In this document: one piece after another, positions 61,850 to 64,000 of the stretch
Position numbering within the stretch: position 1 is the stretch's first letter
Layout: each line of letters opens with the position of its first letter
DNA from: [Chlorobium] sp. 445
GTDB lineage: Bacteria; Bacteroidota; Chlorobiia; Chlorobiales; Thermochlorobacteraceae
NCBI GenBank assembly: GCA_002763895.1
Contig: NSLH01000005.1
Coordinates: 19,390-83,389, forward strand
DNA: 64,000 bases
Direction of reading: 5' to 3'
The notes under the pieces: generated by a model
The model's database searches: none
Seen by the model: only the letters and a program-made list of their open reading frames with translations
Told to the model about the DNA's origin: nothing
Made by a program: the position numbers and the translations under genes

Positions 61850-62371
61850 TTACTTCTCAACACTTAACTCAATTGGCGGCTCGGTTTTGTAGCGCAATCC
61901 TAATTTCTTGTAGGCTTCAGCACTGACATGTTCCACGCGCTGCAGGGCACGCAATTTGCTCTCCAACTCCACATTCAAACTGTGCGCATCTTCTAATTGC
62001 TTTCTAAGCGATTCCGTCTCACCCGAAAGCCGATTGATCGAGATAACATTAGAGATGTAGAACGCTAGCAATGCCGTTGTTACTGCCACCAACAAGAAAG
62101 TGCGCAGGTTCAAAATCGATTCGACTTTCTCTTGCGTGCGCTCACGCAGTTTTTTCATAGGTGGTGCTGCAGTTTCCGATGCAGGCTGCAGCTCTGACAC
62201 CCTTTCCTTTTCAGCAAAAACCTTTGCATTGCTTCGGGGCAACTCTGCGCCGAAGTCGACCGCCGCTGGCAGCGGTTCGGGGTTTGGTGTATCAAAGACA
62301 GGCACATCGGCGTAGTCAGTTTCCACCTTCACGCTGCTAAATAGCGTGTCGGGTATCTGCTCCTTTGCCAT
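61850..62371 (-). CDS. ftsL: Cell division protein FtsL-like (bitopic, coiled coil)
   Basis: Single TM FLLVAVTTALLAFYISNVI followed by a heptad-rich segment (LRKQLEDAHSLNVELESKLRAL). Position between rsmH and ftsI. Confidence 0.6.
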   Translation of the reverse strand: MAKEQIPDTLFSSVKVETDYADVPVFDTPNPEPLPAAVDFGAELPRSNAKVFAEKERVSELQPASETAAPPMKKLRERTQEKVESILNLRTFLLVAVTTALLAFYISNVISINRLSGETESLRKQLEDAHSLNVELESKLRALQRVEHVSAEAYKKLGLRYKTEPPIELSVEK

Positions 62372-62416
62372 TCTGATTCTCCTTTTTCATTTTTTTCTAT
62401 TTTGCTCTTGTCTTTT

Positions 62417-63374
62417 TTAAATCTTTTCTGCAATGCGCAATTTGGCGCTGCGTGCGCGTGGATTGCGCTGAATTTCATCTTCACTTGGTGTAATCGGCTT
62501 CTTTGTAATTAGCCGCAGCGTCGCCTTGCGCAGTGGCTCTTTGAGCGGCAAGCCCCTCTCCCCCCAGTCGTCGCGTACTTTCTCGCGCATAAAGGTCTTG
62601 ACCAGTCGATCTTCAAGCGAGTGATACGCAATCACCACCAACCGCCCTCCGCTGGCTAAGAGACTTTCTGCTTGCACGAGCGCTTTTTTTAAGACCTCTA
62701 ACTCTTGATTGACCTCAATGCGAATCGCTTGAAATACTCTTGCAAGCGATTTTATCTGCTCTTTTGTCTGATGTGGCAAGTAGCACTTGCGCACAAGTTC
62801 CGCCAAGTCGCCCGTTGTCTCAATTGGCTTGATTTTACGCGCTTGTGCGATGCGCCTTGCAATCTGACGTGCACGTTTTTTCTTCGCCGTAGTTGTGCAG
62901 CACTTGCGCAAGCACTGCTTCATCGTAGCCATTCACCACATCTTTTGCTGTGAGTGTCGTGCGCTGCGACATTCGCATATCCAGCGGCGCAGATTTCTGA
63001 AAACTAAATCCGCGCTTTGCCTCATCGAGCTGCGCCGAAGAGACGCCCAAATCCAACAGAATGCCTTGCACCTTTGCATCCTGACCGGCGATGCGCCTTA
63101 GCACATGCTTCATCTCTGCAAAGTTTCCCTCGACGATATGACACACTTTGGCGTAACGTGGTAAAAGCCGTCTTGCCGCTGCATCCAACGCCAATTGGTC
63201 TTGGTCGATGCCGATTACCAAAGAACGCTCGAGCCAATTCTTTGCCTCGAGTGTGCGCAGAAGTCCCTCGCTATGTCCGCCGCCGCCCAGCGTACCATCG
63301 ATGTAAATGCCCGCTGTTGTCACTAAGCCGTCAATAGCTTCGCTCAGCAAAACCGGCGTATGCGCAAATTCCAT
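62417..63374 (-). CDS. rsmH: 16S rRNA (cytosine1402-N4)-methyltransferase RsmH (MraW), split by a 1-nt frame change
   Basis: HTPVLLSEAI, IDGTLGGGGHSE and LLDLGVSSAQLD are in ORF 62835-63374. SLEDRLVK and the C-terminus are in ORF 62417-62932. The frames join at the run of 6 at 62876-62881. Confidence 0.9.
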
Positions 63375-63390
63375 CTTGCGTGCATCTTCG

Positions 63391-63834
63391 CTATCCTAAC
63401 ACGCGCTGTGTCAGTGTCTCAAATTCTTCTGGTGGTCGATTCAAAAACTCTCTCAATCGCTCCGGATTCCACAGCTCAATTTTGTTTTCTGCACCCACGA
63501 GTGTGACTTCTTTCGTGATACCACATTCTTCCAAAAATCTTTTCGGCAACCCTATGCGTCCGCTTTTGTCGAGCTCAACTTCATCGAGATTGGCATAGAT
63601 AAACGTCTTCAGTCGTCTATCCTCCGGATTGAAATCAGAGAGCTGGTCCAGTTTTTTTTGTTGTTCTCTCCAACTCTCTTGCTCATAGAGTTCCATATTG
63701 CCGCGTGGCGTTTTGACCAATACCAGCAGTGTGCCCGGCTTATCGCTCACCATTTTTTTGCGAAATCGCGCAGGTATCATCAGCCGACCTTTGTCGTCAA
63801 GATTATACTGCTCTGTGCCTCTGAATTCTGGCAT
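63391..63834 (-). CDS. mraZ: Transcriptional regulator MraZ
   Basis: Two SpoVT/AbrB-like repeats each with the DxxxR motif context (LDDKGRLMIPARFR and LDKSGRIGLPKRF). First gene of the dcw cluster. Confidence 0.92.
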   Translation of the reverse strand: MPEFRGTEQYNLDDKGRLMIPARFRKKMVSDKPGTLLVLVKTPRGNMELYEQESWREQQKKLDQLSDFNPEDRRLKTFIYANLDEVELDKSGRIGLPKRFLEECGITKEVTLVGAENKIELWNPERLREFLNRPPEEFETLTQRVLG

Positions 63835-63888
63835 TGGCGCGCCTCACGGGTTAAGAGCGACTCAAACTTTGCTTGCACTTTCGCTTGT

Positions 63889-63950
63889 TTCCAAAATTTC
63901 CCATTTTTTCCCACACAGGCAATTTACTAAAAAGGAAAGGCAATTGTCAA
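63889..63950 (-). promoter_or_regulatory. Candidate Pmra promoter (TTGACA-18 nt-TAAATT) followed by 10-bp-phased TGGGA/TGGAA direct repeats (candidate MraZ operator)
   Basis: Minus-strand elements: TTGACA at 63950-63945, TAAATT at 63926-63921, TGGGA at 63913-63909, TGGGA at 63903-63899 and TGGAA at 63893-63889. Confidence 0.5.
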
Positions 63951-64000
63951 AGAATTTTTTCGTTTTTTATTGATTTTTCAAGCCTTTTTACGCTATTTAG

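Noticed and set aside
4742-62881. Programmed ribosomal frameshifting or phase variation as the explanation for the seven split genes.
   Set aside because: The runs are short (5-8 nt) and no slippery heptamer or stimulatory structure is evident. Both +1 and -1 corrections are needed, and the affected genes are housekeeping rather than contingency loci. Sequencing error is more parsimonious, though unproven without reads.
1-64000. Search for CRISPR arrays, tRNA/rRNA genes, transposases, integrases, phage genes and long direct or inverted repeats.
   Set aside because: None was recognised by eye. The intergenic regions are short (at most 333 bp) and accounted for by promoters, terminators and the elements reported. 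A computational repeat or tRNA scan would still be needed to exclude small elements.

Overview
This 64-kb window (by eye about 50% GC) is mostly core chromosome. It probably comes from the Bacteroidota/Chlorobiota/Ignavibacteriota (FCB) group, inferred from a T9SS-type C-terminal sorting domain on a giant protease and from overall gene content. I cannot name the species.

Gene content, left to right:
- lpxK, a secreted esterase-like protein, a CrtI-family oxidoreductase, a TPR protein and dapF.
- A minus-strand arginine cluster: argC-argJ-GNAT-argB-argF-argR-argG.
- A hydrolase, menG/ubiE, hisI, a catalytically degenerate 5'-nucleotidase-like protein, ymdB, a FAH-family hydrolase, a TlpA-like thioredoxin and HPPD.
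- A tightly packed string of TPR protein, ABC exporter, polysaccharide deacetylase and sensor kinase.
- A nine-heme c-type cytochrome and a roughly 1,900-aa S8 protease.
- secDF, a STAS protein, accA, a thioesterase, manC, rsmG, murQ and a PTPS/QueD-family gene.
- A complete minus-strand dcw cluster: mraZ-rsmH-ftsL-ftsI-murE-murF-mraY-murD-ftsW-murG-murC-(retropepsin-like ORF)-murB-ftsQ-ftsA-ftsZ.

I recognised no rRNA, tRNA, CRISPR array, transposase, integrase or phage gene.

Seven genes are split by single-base frame changes, each inside an A/T homopolymer. They include the core housekeeping genes secD, murD, mraY and rsmH. Homopolymer miscalls in the assembly are the most likely cause.

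I did not find a convincing novel multi-gene system. The items most worth a second look are:
- A terminator-bounded ~200-nt noncoding interval with clustered GAUGC repeats, upstream of the TPR/ABC/deacetylase/kinase string (candidate leader or sRNA).
- A retropepsin-like ORF translationally coupled between murC and murB.
- The doubly anchored nine-heme cytochrome with a long non-heme C-terminal region (predicted helical).
- The mirrored domain duplication in the giant protease.
- Readable ArgR and MraZ operator candidates.

All functional calls come from motif recognition by eye. No database search was run.
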